Shown here piece after piece: positions 8,663 to 18,501 of a stretch of 32,000 bases of DNA. The position numbers and the translations under genes are program-made. Numbering within the stretch: the first letter of the stretch is position 1; each line of letters begins with the position of its first letter. The stretch comes from Lentibacter algarum (GTDB lineage Bacteria > Pseudomonadota > Alphaproteobacteria > Rhodobacterales > Rhodobacteraceae): NCBI RefSeq assembly GCF_018860975.1, contig NZ_JAHKQI010000008.1, positions 132,626 through 164,625 of the forward strand, written 5' to 3'. The notes under the pieces were generated by a model, which saw only the letters and a program-made list of their open reading frames with translations, was not told the DNA's origin and ran no database searches.

Positions 8663-10126
8663 ATGACAACCAAAGTTATCAAAGGCGGCACTGTTTGCAC
8701 GGCGGATCGTAGCTATAAGGCGGATGTTCTGATCGAGGGTGAGGTGATCAAGCAGATCGGCCAAGACCTTGTCGGAGATGAGTATATCGACGCCGAGGGC
8801 GCTTACGTGATCCCCGGCGGCATTGATCCGCACACGCACCTTGAAATGCCGTTCATGGGCACCACGGCGGCCGAAACGTTTGAGTCCGGCACATGGGCCG
8901 CGGCGGTTGGTGGCACAACGATGGTGGTTGATTTCTGCCTGCCCGGTGAAGACGGCGACCTCAAGAACGCGATCAACGAATGGCACCGCAAAAGCGCTCC
9001 GCAGATTTGTTCGGATGTCGGCTATCACATGGCGATCACTGGCTGGGATGAAAGCGTGTTTAACGGCATGAAAGACGCCGTTGATATGGGTGTGAACTCG
9101 TTCAAGCATTTCATGGCCTACAAAGGCGCGTTGATGATCGAGGACGACGAAATGTTCGCGAGCTTCAAGCGCTGTGCCGAGCTTGGTGCGCTGCCGATGG
9201 TGCACGCCGAGAACGGTGACTTGGTTGCCGAATTGCAGCAGAAATACTTCGATCAAGGCATCACGGGGCCAGAGGGGCATGCCTACTCGCGCCCTCCCGA
9301 GCTTGAAGGAGAGGCGGCGAACCGTGCGATCACCATTGCCGACACCGCTGGCGTGCCGCTTTATATCGTGCATGTATCCTGCGAACAGACACATGAAGCC
9401 ATCCGCCGCGCCCGCCAGAAGGGCATGCGGGTTTATGGCGAGCCTTTGGTGCAGTTCCTCACGCTGGATGAGAGCGAATATTTCAACAAAGACTGGGACC
9501 ATGCCGCGCGCCGCGTGATGTCGCCTCCGTTCCGCAGCAAAGACCACCAAGACAGCCTTTGGGCTGGGTTGCAGTCGGGCTCTTTGCAAGTTGTGGCGAC
9601 GGACCACGCCGCCTTTAGCACCGCGCAAAAGCGGGCAGGGCGCGATGATTTTCGCATCATCCCCAACGGCTCTAACGGGCTGGAAGAGCGCCTCGCTGTG
9701 CTTTGGACAGAAGGCGTGGAAACAGGCCGCCTGACCAAGGAAGAGTTCGTCGCGACGACCTCGACCAATGTGGCGAAGATCCTCAACATCTACCCCAAAA
9801 AGGGCGCGATTGTTGAGGGCGCTGATGCGGATATCGTGGTCTGGGATCCGAAGATTTCCAAGACCATCAGCCCGAGCAACCACCACTCTGTGCTGGACTA
9901 CAACGTCTTTGAAGGCTTTGAAGTTAAAGCACAATCACGCTACACACTGAGCCGTGGTGAAGTGATCTGGGCCTGGGGCAAGAACAGCCAGCCCAACCCC
10001 GGCCGTGGCCGTTTTGTGCCGCGTCCTGCGTTTGGCTCGGCCAACCAGGCCCTCAGCCAGTGGAAGGCGCTTAACTCGCCCCGCAAGATCGAGCGTGACC
10101 CACAGAACATTCCGGCAGGTATTTGA
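8663..10126 (+). CDS. hydA: Dihydropyrimidinase / D-hydantoinase
   Basis: 487 aa; VIPGGIDPHTHLEMPFMGTTAAETFESGT metal-binding motif, HFMAYKGAL (putative carbamylated Lys), VHAEN, VHVSCEQTHEAI, VATDHAAF. Confidence 0.93.
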   Translation: MTTKVIKGGTVCTADRSYKADVLIEGEVIKQIGQDLVGDEYIDAEGAYVIPGGIDPHTHLEMPFMGTTAAETFESGTWAAAVGGTTMVVDFCLPGEDGDLKNAINEWHRKSAPQICSDVGYHMAITGWDESVFNGMKDAVDMGVNSFKHFMAYKGALMIEDDEMFASFKRCAELGALPMVHAENGDLVAELQQKYFDQGITGPEGHAYSRPPELEGEAANRAITIADTAGVPLYIVHVSCEQTHEAIRRARQKGMRVYGEPLVQFLTLDESEYFNKDWDHAARRVMSPPFRSKDHQDSLWAGLQSGSLQVVATDHAAFSTAQKRAGRDDFRIIPNGSNGLEERLAVLWTEGVETGRLTKEEFVATTSTNVAKILNIYPKKGAIVEGADADIVVWDPKISKTISPSNHHSVLDYNVFEGFEVKAQSRYTLSRGEVIWAWGKNSQPNPGRGRFVPRPAFGSANQALSQWKALNSPRKIERDPQNIPAGI

Positions 10127-10905
10127 TGAACCAACCAGTGATTTCAGCGCAGAACCTGTCGCTGACATTTGAAACCAACGATGGCCCTGTGCATGCGCTC
10201 AGTGACATTAACCTTGATATCAACAAGGGTGATTTTGTCAGTTTTATTGGCCCGTCGGGCTGCGGTAAAACCACGTTTTTGCGCTGTATCGCTGACTTGG
10301 AAACTCCGACAGGCGGCAACGTAACTGTCAACGGCATGTCCGCCGCCGAGGCCCGCATGAAACGCGCTTATGGCTATGTGTTTCAGGCGGCGGGGCTTTA
10401 CCCTTGGCGCACGATTGGCGGCAACATCCGCTTGCCGCTTGAGATCATGGGCTATGACAAAGCCGAGCAGGCCGAGCGTGTGAAAAACGTGCTGGAATTG
10501 GTCGAGTTGGACGGCTTTGAAAAGAAGTTCCCGTGGCAGCTTTCAGGCGGCATGCAACAGCGCGCGAGCATCGCCCGCGCGTTGGCGTTTGACGCTGACA
10601 TACTGCTGATGGACGAGCCTTTCGGCGCATTGGACGAGATCGTGCGCGATCACCTCAACGAGCAGCTGCTCAAGCTTTGGGCGCGCACGGAAAAGACCAT
10701 CGGATTTGTCACCCACTCCATTCCCGAAGCAGTGTTCCTGTCTACCAAGATTGTGGTCATGTCGCCGCGTCCGGGGCAGATTTATGAGGTGATAGAGAGC
10801 AACCTGCCGCGCGACCGCACGCTTGATATCCGCGACAGTGTCGAGTTCAACGACATCGCGCACCGCGTGCGTGAGGGCCTGAGAGCAGGGCACGCTTATG
10901 ACTAA
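10123..10905 (+). CDS. ABC transporter ATP-binding protein, NitT/TauT family
   Basis: Walker A GPSGCGKTT, signature LSGGMQQRASIARAL, Walker B ILLMDEPFGALDE; ATGA overlap with the preceding gene. Confidence 0.93.
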   Translation: MMNQPVISAQNLSLTFETNDGPVHALSDINLDINKGDFVSFIGPSGCGKTTFLRCIADLETPTGGNVTVNGMSAAEARMKRAYGYVFQAAGLYPWRTIGGNIRLPLEIMGYDKAEQAERVKNVLELVELDGFEKKFPWQLSGGMQQRASIARALAFDADILLMDEPFGALDEIVRDHLNEQLLKLWARTEKTIGFVTHSIPEAVFLSTKIVVMSPRPGQIYEVIESNLPRDRTLDIRDSVEFNDIAHRVREGLRAGHAYD

Positions 10906-11782
10906 GGCGGGGGCAATCTGGCATCGCACTGCGCCGGTGCTCTGCATCCTGATCTTGTTGCTGGCGGTGTGGTATGCCGCCGCAATCGCGCTCAACGCGG
11001 CTTGGGCCAAGGACAAGGCCGCCCGTGCTGACAAGCAGCTTACATTCTCCGAGTTGGTCTCTGACACAATGGCACAAGAAAAGCCGCTGTTGCCCGCGCC
11101 ACACCAAGTTGCGCAGGAGATATACAAGACAACGGTGCTCAAGAAGATCACGTCAAAGCGCTCGCTAATCTGGCACGGCTGGATCACGCTTTCAGCAACG
11201 CTACTTGGCTTTGCTTTTGGCACAGCACTCGGGATAATGCTTGCAATCGGCATCGTTTACAGCCGCGCGATGGATATGTCGGTGATGCCTTGGGTGATCA
11301 CAAGCCAGACCATCCCGATCCTCGCAGTTGCCCCGATGATCATAGTCGTGCTCAACGCGGTTGGCGTGTCGGGGCTCCTGCCTAAGGCCTTCATTTCAAT
11401 GTATCTTTCCTTCTTTCCGGTCGTCGTTGGCATGGTTAAGGGCCTGCGCGCGCCGGATCATATGCAGCTTGACCAGATGCGCACATGGAACGCCTCTTCG
11501 AGCACATCCTTCTGGAAGCTGCGCCTGCCAAGCTCGATGCCCTATCTCTTTGCCTCACTCAAAATCGGCATTGCGGCCTCGCTCGTAGGGGCTATCGTCG
11601 GTGAGCTGCCGACAGGGGCTGTCGCGGGCCTCGGCGCACGCTTGCTGGCAGGTAGCTACTATGGCCAGACAATCCAGATATGGAGCGCTTTGATTTGTGC
11701 TGCCGTGCTCGCAGCAAGCCTCGTGGCGCTGATCGGGTTTGTCGAAAAAGTCACGCTGAAAAGAATGGGGATGCTGCAATGA
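10898..11782 (+). CDS. ABC transporter permease, BPD_transp_1 family
   Basis: Multi-TM protein; EAA-like region MRTWNASSSTSFWKLRLPSSMPYLFASLKIGIAASLVGAIVGEL. Confidence 0.9.
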   Translation: MTKAGAIWHRTAPVLCILILLLAVWYAAAIALNAAWAKDKAARADKQLTFSELVSDTMAQEKPLLPAPHQVAQEIYKTTVLKKITSKRSLIWHGWITLSATLLGFAFGTALGIMLAIGIVYSRAMDMSVMPWVITSQTIPILAVAPMIIVVLNAVGVSGLLPKAFISMYLSFFPVVVGMVKGLRAPDHMQLDQMRTWNASSSTSFWKLRLPSSMPYLFASLKIGIAASLVGAIVGELPTGAVAGLGARLLAGSYYGQTIQIWSALICAAVLAASLVALIGFVEKVTLKRMGMLQ

Positions 11783-12618
11783 GCTGGGTCATCTTCGCTG
11801 TCGTCTTTTGGTTGGTCATGTGGGCGCTCAATGTGCGCCTCGCCAACTCTGCGCCAACACGGCTCAAAAGTATCTTGGTGCCAACGCTGTTTGGCATCAC
11901 GCTGCTTGTGCTCTGGGAGGGGCTGGTGCGTGGTTTCAACATCTCGCCGATCCTTCTGCCGCCGCCAAGCATGATCGCCGCGCGCTTTGCCACGAGCCTG
12001 CCAACGCTTTGGGAAGACTTCTTGCAAACCTTTATCAAAGGTGCCCTTACAGGCTACATCATCGGCTGCTCGGCGGCATTTCTTATGGCAATCGCAGTCG
12101 ACAGATCAGATTTCCTCAAGCGCGGCCTCTTGCCGATCGGCAACTTCGTCGCAGCACTTCCGATCATCGGTATGGCGCCTATCCTGGTGATGTGGTTCGG
12201 GTTTGACTGGCAGTCAAAGGCGGCAGTTGTGGTGATAATGGTGTTCTTCCCAATGCTGGTAAACACCGTCGCGGGGCTGCAAGCACAAGACAACATCCAG
12301 CGTGACCTGATGAACACCTATGGCGCAAGCTATTGGCAAAGCCTGACAAAACTCAGCCTGCCAGCGGCCTTGCCGTTTATCTTTAATGGCCTCAAGATAT
12401 GCACAACGCTGGCCCTGATTGGCGCGATCGTGGCCGAGTTCTTCGGCTCACCGATCCGTGGCATGGGCTTTCGCATCTCGACCGAAGTAGGGCGCCTCGC
12501 GCTCGACATGGTCTGGGCAGAAATAACTGTGGCGGCCCTTGCCGGGTCGGCATTTTATGGGGGGATGGCCCTAATCGAGAAAGCTCTAACTTTCTGGCAC
12601 CCATCACAAAGAACGTAA
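11779..12618 (+). CDS. ABC transporter permease, second subunit
   Basis: EAA-like region TYGASYWQSLTKLSLPAALPFIFNGLKICTTLALIGAIVAEFFG; ATG at 11779 overlaps the upstream stop by ATGA. Confidence 0.9.
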   Translation: MSWVIFAVVFWLVMWALNVRLANSAPTRLKSILVPTLFGITLLVLWEGLVRGFNISPILLPPPSMIAARFATSLPTLWEDFLQTFIKGALTGYIIGCSAAFLMAIAVDRSDFLKRGLLPIGNFVAALPIIGMAPILVMWFGFDWQSKAAVVVIMVFFPMLVNTVAGLQAQDNIQRDLMNTYGASYWQSLTKLSLPAALPFIFNGLKICTTLALIGAIVAEFFGSPIRGMGFRISTEVGRLALDMVWAEITVAALAGSAFYGGMALIEKALTFWHPSQRT

Positions 12619-12642
12619 CTGTTACCAACTAGGAGAGAAGAC

Positions 12643-13632
12643 ATGAAGACTATGATCAAAGGCGCAATTGCCGGCGCGATGCTGTTCGGGGCCTCTGCCG
12701 CCCAAGCGGACGACGACGTAACACTACAGCTTAAGTGGGTTACACAAGCACAGTTTGCTGGCTACTACGTGGCGCTCGACAAAGGTTTCTATGAAGAAGA
12801 AGGCCTCAACGTCACCATCAAGCCAGGCGGGCCTGACATCGCGCCAGCACAGGTTATTGCCGGTGGCGGTGCTGATGTTGTGCTTGACTGGATGCCATCA
12901 GCGCTTGCCTCACGCGAGAAGGGCCTCGACCTTGTGAACATTGCCCAACCTTACAAATCATCGGGCATGATGCTGACCTGCCGCAAAGACGCAGGCATCG
13001 CCACACCGGCCGACTTCCCTGACAAAACCCTCGGTGTCTGGTTCTTTGGCAACGAATACCCGTTCCTGAGCTGGATGAGCAAACTTGGCCTCAAAACCGA
13101 CGGCTCAGAGGGCGGCGTGACCGTGCTCAAGCAAGGTTTCAACGTTGATCCACTGCTGCAAAAGCAGGCGGCTTGTGTGTCGACCATGACATACAACGAA
13201 TACTGGCAAGTGATCGACGCAGGCCTCACACCGGAAGACCTCGTTGTGTTCAAATACGAAGACGAGGGTGTTTCAACACTTGAAGACGGCATGTATGTGC
13301 TCGGCTCGAACCTTGAAGACCCTGCCTTCAAAGACAAGATGGTGCGCTTCGTGCGGGCCTCAATGAAGGGCTGGAAGTATGCAGAAAAGAACACCGATGA
13401 AGCTGCGGATATCGTTCTCGAGAACGACGCTTCGGGTGCGCAAACAGAGAAGCACCAGCGCCGCATGATGTCAGAAGTTGCCAAGCTTACAGCCGGTTCA
13501 AACGGCGCGCTCGACGTTGCTGACTACGAGCGCACGGTGCAGTCGCTGCTGACAGCCGGTTCAGATCCGATCATCACAAAAGTGCCCGAAGGCGCCTACA
13601 CCCTCGAGATCTCGGACGAAGCTCTGAAGTAA
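12643..13632 (+). CDS. ABC transporter substrate-binding protein, NMT1/THI5-like
   Basis: Signal peptide MKTMIKGAIAGAMLFGASAAQA; LKWVTQAQFAGYYVALDKGFYEEEGLNVTIKPGGPD; clear SD aggagag. Confidence 0.9.
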   Translation: MKTMIKGAIAGAMLFGASAAQADDDVTLQLKWVTQAQFAGYYVALDKGFYEEEGLNVTIKPGGPDIAPAQVIAGGGADVVLDWMPSALASREKGLDLVNIAQPYKSSGMMLTCRKDAGIATPADFPDKTLGVWFFGNEYPFLSWMSKLGLKTDGSEGGVTVLKQGFNVDPLLQKQAACVSTMTYNEYWQVIDAGLTPEDLVVFKYEDEGVSTLEDGMYVLGSNLEDPAFKDKMVRFVRASMKGWKYAEKNTDEAADIVLENDASGAQTEKHQRRMMSEVAKLTAGSNGALDVADYERTVQSLLTAGSDPIITKVPEGAYTLEISDEALK

Positions 13633-13661
13633 GCCCGAAATCTATAATCCAAGAAAACCAA

Positions 13662-13691
13662 AAGGGCCTAGTGAGTGATCACTAGGCCCTT
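13662..13691. terminator. 13-bp inverted repeat (4-nt loop), probable bidirectional terminator
   Basis: aagggcctagtga-gtga-tcactaggccctt; lies beyond the ABC operon and beyond the displaced 3' end of tRNA-Asn. Confidence 0.7.
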
Positions 13692-13697
13692 GAATTT

Positions 13698-13747
13698 TTG
13701 GCTCCGGCGGTAGGGATCGAACCTACGACAAATTGATTAACAGTCAA
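13698..13747 (-). repeat. att repeat: 50-bp 3' tRNA-Asn remnant
   Basis: ttggctccggcggtagggatcgaacctacgacaaattgattaacagtcaa, identical to 28017..28066. Confidence 0.95.
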
Positions 13748-13907
13748 GCGACGATATTTACTCACTTGGTGTAAGTTGATGCGGTTCATTAGTAAAAACA
13801 GTGGTTTGCACCTGTTTTGCAACGACAATCAATCGGTTGACAGTGCGCCGGAATGCGCCTTAGTGATTTTGTGCGTTGCAAAACGTTGCAAAAACGGAGC
13901 ATTACGG

Positions 13908-15056
13908 ATGACTGCCGCACTTGATTTCACAAAGCCCGCCCGACTGCGAAAAGCCGCACCCGGCATGTATCGCCACGACGGGGATCGTTTCCCCGGCCTC
14001 TATCTCAACGTCGGGAAGACCAAGAACACTTGGTACATCAAACGCCGCGTCGATGGGAAAACGAAGTCGATCAAGGTCGGAGCGTTCCCGGCTATGGATG
14101 CGGTCACCGCGTTTAAACAGGGGGACACCAAGACGAGCGTTGCCAAGAGCAATATCGTAACCGTTCGCGATGGTTGGGAGTTCTGGTGCGATACGTCGCA
14201 GGCGCAAGGCGGTATGTCCGACGATCACCGCAACCGAATGTCCCGACAGCTTGAAATGCACGCGAGGGGGATCATGGACCGCAATGTGGCCGACGTAACC
14301 TCCGCAGACGTTCAGGGTGTCCTCAACGACCTGATGGCTGAGGGAAAGAAGGCAACAGCGAGGGCGGTGCGCATCGGTATCGGCAATGCTTTCAACTTCG
14401 CACCCGTCGTAAATCCAGTTGGGCAGAAAAAGACGCGCGTCGCCAAAAGCGATGAAACAGAGGCGCAATGGACGGCGGCGGCACACGCCCACGATCTCGA
14501 CGCAGACGATTGGTCGGTGATCTGGGAGGCAATAATGGCGCGACGTGAGAAGAACGTCATTGTCGGCACGGCGGTCGCCGTCATGTTCCTTACGGGCATC
14601 CGGTCGGAGAACGTTTGCTCGCTCTCGTGGGATCAAATCGATTTGCAGAACAAGACGATCCACCTGACCAAGATGAAGAACAAACTCGCCCGCACGTTGC
14701 CCGTGATGGATACGGTGATCGACCTGCTCAAGGCGATCCGTGAGACGGACAGTGAATGGGTGTTCCCGGCGTCGTCGGCCACGGGATACATCACGGACCC
14801 CAAAGGCACGTTCGCCACGATCAACGACGAGAGCGTCCGCGTTTTCCTGCCTCATGATGGGCGGCGTCATTTCATGCAGGCGTCTGCCGAGGCGTTCTTG
14901 CCCGACTATGTCGCCCACTTCCTGCGCGGCGATAAGAAGGCGGGCGAGGGTAGCGACATGCTGATGAAATACCTCAAGCGCATGGGTAACCGTCGTGCCG
15001 TCGAGGACATTGAAAAAGTGTATTTCAACCGCATTAAGGTAGAACCTTCTTTCTAA
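13908..15056 (+). CDS. Tyrosine recombinase/integrase of the 14.3-kb element
   Basis: MFLTGIRSENVCSLSWDQID and FLPHDGRRHFMQASA motifs; start chosen at MTAALDFTKPARLRKAAPG rather than the longer ORF start at 13776. Confidence 0.87.
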   Translation: MTAALDFTKPARLRKAAPGMYRHDGDRFPGLYLNVGKTKNTWYIKRRVDGKTKSIKVGAFPAMDAVTAFKQGDTKTSVAKSNIVTVRDGWEFWCDTSQAQGGMSDDHRNRMSRQLEMHARGIMDRNVADVTSADVQGVLNDLMAEGKKATARAVRIGIGNAFNFAPVVNPVGQKKTRVAKSDETEAQWTAAAHAHDLDADDWSVIWEAIMARREKNVIVGTAVAVMFLTGIRSENVCSLSWDQIDLQNKTIHLTKMKNKLARTLPVMDTVIDLLKAIRETDSEWVFPASSATGYITDPKGTFATINDESVRVFLPHDGRRHFMQASAEAFLPDYVAHFLRGDKKAGEGSDMLMKYLKRMGNRRAVEDIEKVYFNRIKVEPSF

Positions 15057-15248
15057 ATTGTTTGTTAACCGCAACTGCACTAAGATGCCCGAGCACCTAC
15101 GCCCGTCGTGAGACGCGCGCCACTCTGGCAGTGCACAGCATACCCAAGTACGCGGCGACGTGATGCGGCTTGGTTCTATGAAGCTCGTTGCGTCGCATAT
15201 CAACAGAGAGCGTCTGTCTTGGTAAAGGACCGACGAAAGGATCTGTTG

Positions 15249-15500
15249 ATGGATTCCTCCGCACTATTGCGCACGCTCGAAAAGCGCATTGAACATCTCG
15301 AGCAAAAAGCCGAACTCCCAAAACTCATGACACCGAAACAGGTGTGCAACTTCGTGGGCATTTCGGAATCGAAATTCTACGAATGGAAACGTGACGGCGA
15401 CGTGCCGCCTTCGATCTATTGGAGCGAGCGCACAGTGCGCTATGACCGCGACGATGTGATTGCTTGGGCAGAGTCGCACAAAGTAGGAGGGGCAGTATGA
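15249..15500 (+). CDS. Small coiled-coil + MerR/AlpA-like HTH protein (putative excisionase/regulator)
   Basis: MTPKQVCNFVGISESKFYEWKRDGDVPPSIYWSERTVRYDRDDVIAWAESH. Confidence 0.75.
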   Translation: MDSSALLRTLEKRIEHLEQKAELPKLMTPKQVCNFVGISESKFYEWKRDGDVPPSIYWSERTVRYDRDDVIAWAESHKVGGAV

Positions 15501-15588
15501 ACCTGCCCCTCACTGTTCGCGTATCGGGTATGGAAAGCGTTGTGCGCTATAACTGATTTATAGACGGCGACGCGACGACACGCGACCA

Positions 15589-17979
15589 GTGAAGCAGGTC
15601 CATCCTGATAATGGTATGGACAAACAAACATCAGAAGCTCTCCTTCGCCTCTTTGATGGCAACCAAGATCGCCATCTTGTTCTCAGCGGCAAGCCATCGA
15701 AGAATGACAAAGGCAAAATCGAAACCAAAGCGCGGCTTGACGACGGCCCGCTGACCCTCGAAATGGCCCGCGCGCATTTGGAGGGCGATGCCTCTTATGG
15801 CATTTCGCCTGTGCGCGCAGACAGCACGTGTCTCTATGGTGTGCTCGACATTGACTGGTATGACATGCCCGAGGACGACGTTCGCCTGGTGGCTGATCAA
15901 CTGCGCACCCGATGCGCTGCCTTCCGCACAAAGTCACGTGGCTTGCACGTCTATGTCTTCGCGTCTGAGCCTGTTTCGGCACGCGTGATGCACGATTACC
16001 TAGTTGCCCTGCGTAAGCGCCTCCCGAAAGCGTGCTTCGACAAGAAGCAAAAGCGAGATGTCGAAATATTCCCGAAGGAGACACAGACAGTCGTTAACCC
16101 CGACGACCAACCAACTTCTGTCAATTTACCAATGAAAGGGCAACAGCGTGAATTGGCATGGCTGATCGACGAGAGCGCGAGTCCGAAATGGGCACTCGAC
16201 GAAATGAGCGCGCTCAGCATCCTTTCGCACATCGACGAACATTGCCGCGTTGATGCCGCGACCATGGCTGCCATTACAAATGAGCAGCCGACACTCGACA
16301 CGTCGGACATTGGCTACAAGATTCCTGACGATCCAGCTGGTCGAAACGATCTGTTGATGCGTATTGCCGCCTCCATGCAAACGCGTGGCTGGCCGGACAG
16401 TGAATTGGAAGCGGAAGTTCGAAAACTGAATGGCGACGAAAAATTCCATGACTTGTTCATGGTGGGCGCGCTGACGGAATCCGAGATCAAGAACATCCTG
16501 AAACGGACGAAGAAGCTCGACAAAGGCACACCGACGCCGTTGCATTATCGGCAAGTTGAGAAGTTCAATCGCGACTGGTCGAAAATCACGATCAACGGCA
16601 CAGTCGAATACCTCGACAAAACGTCGCCTGAGTTCACAACGTTCACCAAGCAGATGCTGTTCGATGAAACCTCGGACAAAGTTGTCCGGATCGGCAAAGC
16701 AACAATCCCGCTTGCTCAACTGTGGTTGCGCGATCCCGATCACGCTCGGTTCAAGGGCGTTGTCTGCGAACCTGTCGAGTATGCAGGCCCCGGCTACAAT
16801 GTGTGGTGCGGTTTTGCTGTCGCCCCCAAAGATGGCGACGCTTCGGTGTTCGAACGTTACATCTTGGAGGTGTTGTGTTCGGGTGACGAGGATCTTGCTC
16901 ACTGGGTGACGATGTGGCTCGCGGACGCCGTGCAAAACCCGACTGAGCCTTCACCGCCAACAGCAATCGCATTGCGCGGCAAGCAAGGCGGCGGCAAGTC
17001 GTTCCTGCAAGAGCGCATCCTGACGCTGATCTTCGGCGAGCGGTATGTCCAGAAGGTTCAGGAGTCGCAACGTTTGTTCTCGCGGTTCAATCGCGGCATC
17101 TTTGGCGCGACCTTCATCGCCTGCGAAGAGTCGATCTTTCATGGATCGCAGGCGACGGCGGCGACGCTTAAGTCGTTCATCTCGTCACCTGCTTGGACCT
17201 ATGAGGAAAAGCATAAGGCGGTCGTGCAGGCAAAAAATGTTCACCGTATCATCGCCACGACGAACGAGACCCAAGCCGTCCATATCGACTTTGACGATAG
17301 GCGGTGGACGGTGATCGAGGTCGCGCAACCATTCGACATGACGACCCGTGACGGTCAAGCGGAGGCGTACGCTTTTTGGGAGCCTTATCACGCGTTCATG
17401 CGATCAGACGACGGCCCAGGTATCGTGTTGCGCTACTTGCTCGACTATCCGGTAGACAGGCAGGCTCTGACGTTTGGCTATGGCACGGAGGCTAAGGCGC
17501 GCGACAAGGTGGCATCCGATCCTTTGATTGCTGCTTTGCACGAGATTGCTGAGCGCGGCATTGTCCCGCATGACCGAAAAGCGGCGGGCATCATCTCGAA
17601 CAAGACTTTGACCACGCTTGTCCATCAGTCGGGCGGACGCAACATGTCGCCCGAAGAAATCGCCAACAAGCTGCTCAACCTGATTCCGGGAGTGAAGAAG
17701 TCGCGGAAGGCGCAGTATTGCGAACGCGTCCACACGTCCACGGACATGAACGGCGACGCTTCGGCAACGCCTATGATGGAGTCGGGGCAGCGAGGCTACG
17801 ACTTTGGCACGCTGACTGACTTTCGGGCGGCTGTGACGCGGCTGACTTTGCAATCTTATGGCGAGGACGACGAGGCGGTGGACTTTGACCCTGCCGACTT
17901 CGACATGCCCGATACGGGCGGATGGCAGGCATGGCAGGTCGCGCAAAAGGAAGACCCGAATGGTGATCCGCCTTTTTGA
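15589..17979 (+). CDS. Primase (AEP/TOTE-like N-terminal domain) fused to D5-like/DUF5906 superfamily 3 helicase
   Basis: YGVLDIDWYD and GLHVYVFA in the N-terminal primase-like region; C-terminal Walker A LRGKQGGGKSFLQE, CEES, IIATTNETQAVHIDFDDRRW. Confidence 0.8.
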   Translation: MKQVHPDNGMDKQTSEALLRLFDGNQDRHLVLSGKPSKNDKGKIETKARLDDGPLTLEMARAHLEGDASYGISPVRADSTCLYGVLDIDWYDMPEDDVRLVADQLRTRCAAFRTKSRGLHVYVFASEPVSARVMHDYLVALRKRLPKACFDKKQKRDVEIFPKETQTVVNPDDQPTSVNLPMKGQQRELAWLIDESASPKWALDEMSALSILSHIDEHCRVDAATMAAITNEQPTLDTSDIGYKIPDDPAGRNDLLMRIAASMQTRGWPDSELEAEVRKLNGDEKFHDLFMVGALTESEIKNILKRTKKLDKGTPTPLHYRQVEKFNRDWSKITINGTVEYLDKTSPEFTTFTKQMLFDETSDKVVRIGKATIPLAQLWLRDPDHARFKGVVCEPVEYAGPGYNVWCGFAVAPKDGDASVFERYILEVLCSGDEDLAHWVTMWLADAVQNPTEPSPPTAIALRGKQGGGKSFLQERILTLIFGERYVQKVQESQRLFSRFNRGIFGATFIACEESIFHGSQATAATLKSFISSPAWTYEEKHKAVVQAKNVHRIIATTNETQAVHIDFDDRRWTVIEVAQPFDMTTRDGQAEAYAFWEPYHAFMRSDDGPGIVLRYLLDYPVDRQALTFGYGTEAKARDKVASDPLIAALHEIAERGIVPHDRKAAGIISNKTLTTLVHQSGGRNMSPEEIANKLLNLIPGVKKSRKAQYCERVHTSTDMNGDASATPMMESGQRGYDFGTLTDFRAAVTRLTLQSYGEDDEAVDFDPADFDMPDTGGWQAWQVAQKEDPNGDPPF

Positions 17980-18002
17980 TTGAAAAGTTGTCACGGGGTA
18001 CG

Positions 18003-18031
18003 AAAGGCATGTCACGGGGTGACATGCCTTT
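18003..18031 (+). terminator. Intrinsic terminator
   Basis: Perfect 13-bp stem aaaggcatgtcac-ggg-gtgacatgccttt followed by ttt, 23 bp past the primase stop. Confidence 0.8.
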
Positions 18032-18063
18032 TTTGATTTAACGCTAAGTGGTTATGCGAATTC

Positions 18064-18184
18064 TGTCAGTTATGTCAGTAATGACAGGGGTAAATTCATA
18101 TGCTGTGACGTTGGTGATTTGTCCACGGCTGCTCGGGCACGATGCGTGTTTGCTGCTACTATTATTTTACTGACATAACTGACA
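18064..18184. repeat. Widely spaced perfect 18-bp inverted repeat in repeat-rich noncoding DNA
   Basis: tgtcagttatgtcagtaa at 18064-18081 and its reverse complement ttactgacataactgaca at 18167-18184. Confidence 0.85.
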
Positions 18185-18501
18185 AACTGACAAACCTTCT
18201 TGAAAACAAAGCATTTTTGGTATGTCAGGCTGCTGCTTGGGTGACAAAGGGTGACAAGGTTCATTGGGTGCGTTCTGGCGGCAGGTGACCTCCTCCCGCT
18301 TTCTCCGCATTCTTGTTGCGAGCAAGTCGCAACTGTGGTGGTTGAGCGAGGTCAATTGATCATCAATGAATTGTCGCCCGTGGTGGTTTGACTTGAAGAT
18401 CAAGCGGTTAGTCGTATTGGCGCAGTCTTTTGCAACGCGCTTTGCAACGGCAACGGAAATCCACCTCAGAATGCGTCAATAAGGCTGACATAAATCGCAG
18501 T

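Noticed and set aside
8051-9934. 627-aa minus-strand ORF
   Set aside because: Antisense shadow of the well-supported hydrolase and dihydropyrimidinase genes; low-complexity, no recognisable domain.
13902-15203. 433-aa minus-strand ORF
   Set aside because: Antisense to the integrase, whose catalytic motifs are clear on the plus strand.
16126-16935. 269-aa minus-strand ORF
   Set aside because: Antisense to the primase-helicase; no domain signal.
17979-18500. CRISPR array
   Set aside because: Repeats are short, irregularly spaced and partly inverted; no repeat-spacer periodicity. No CRISPR-like array was seen elsewhere in the window either.
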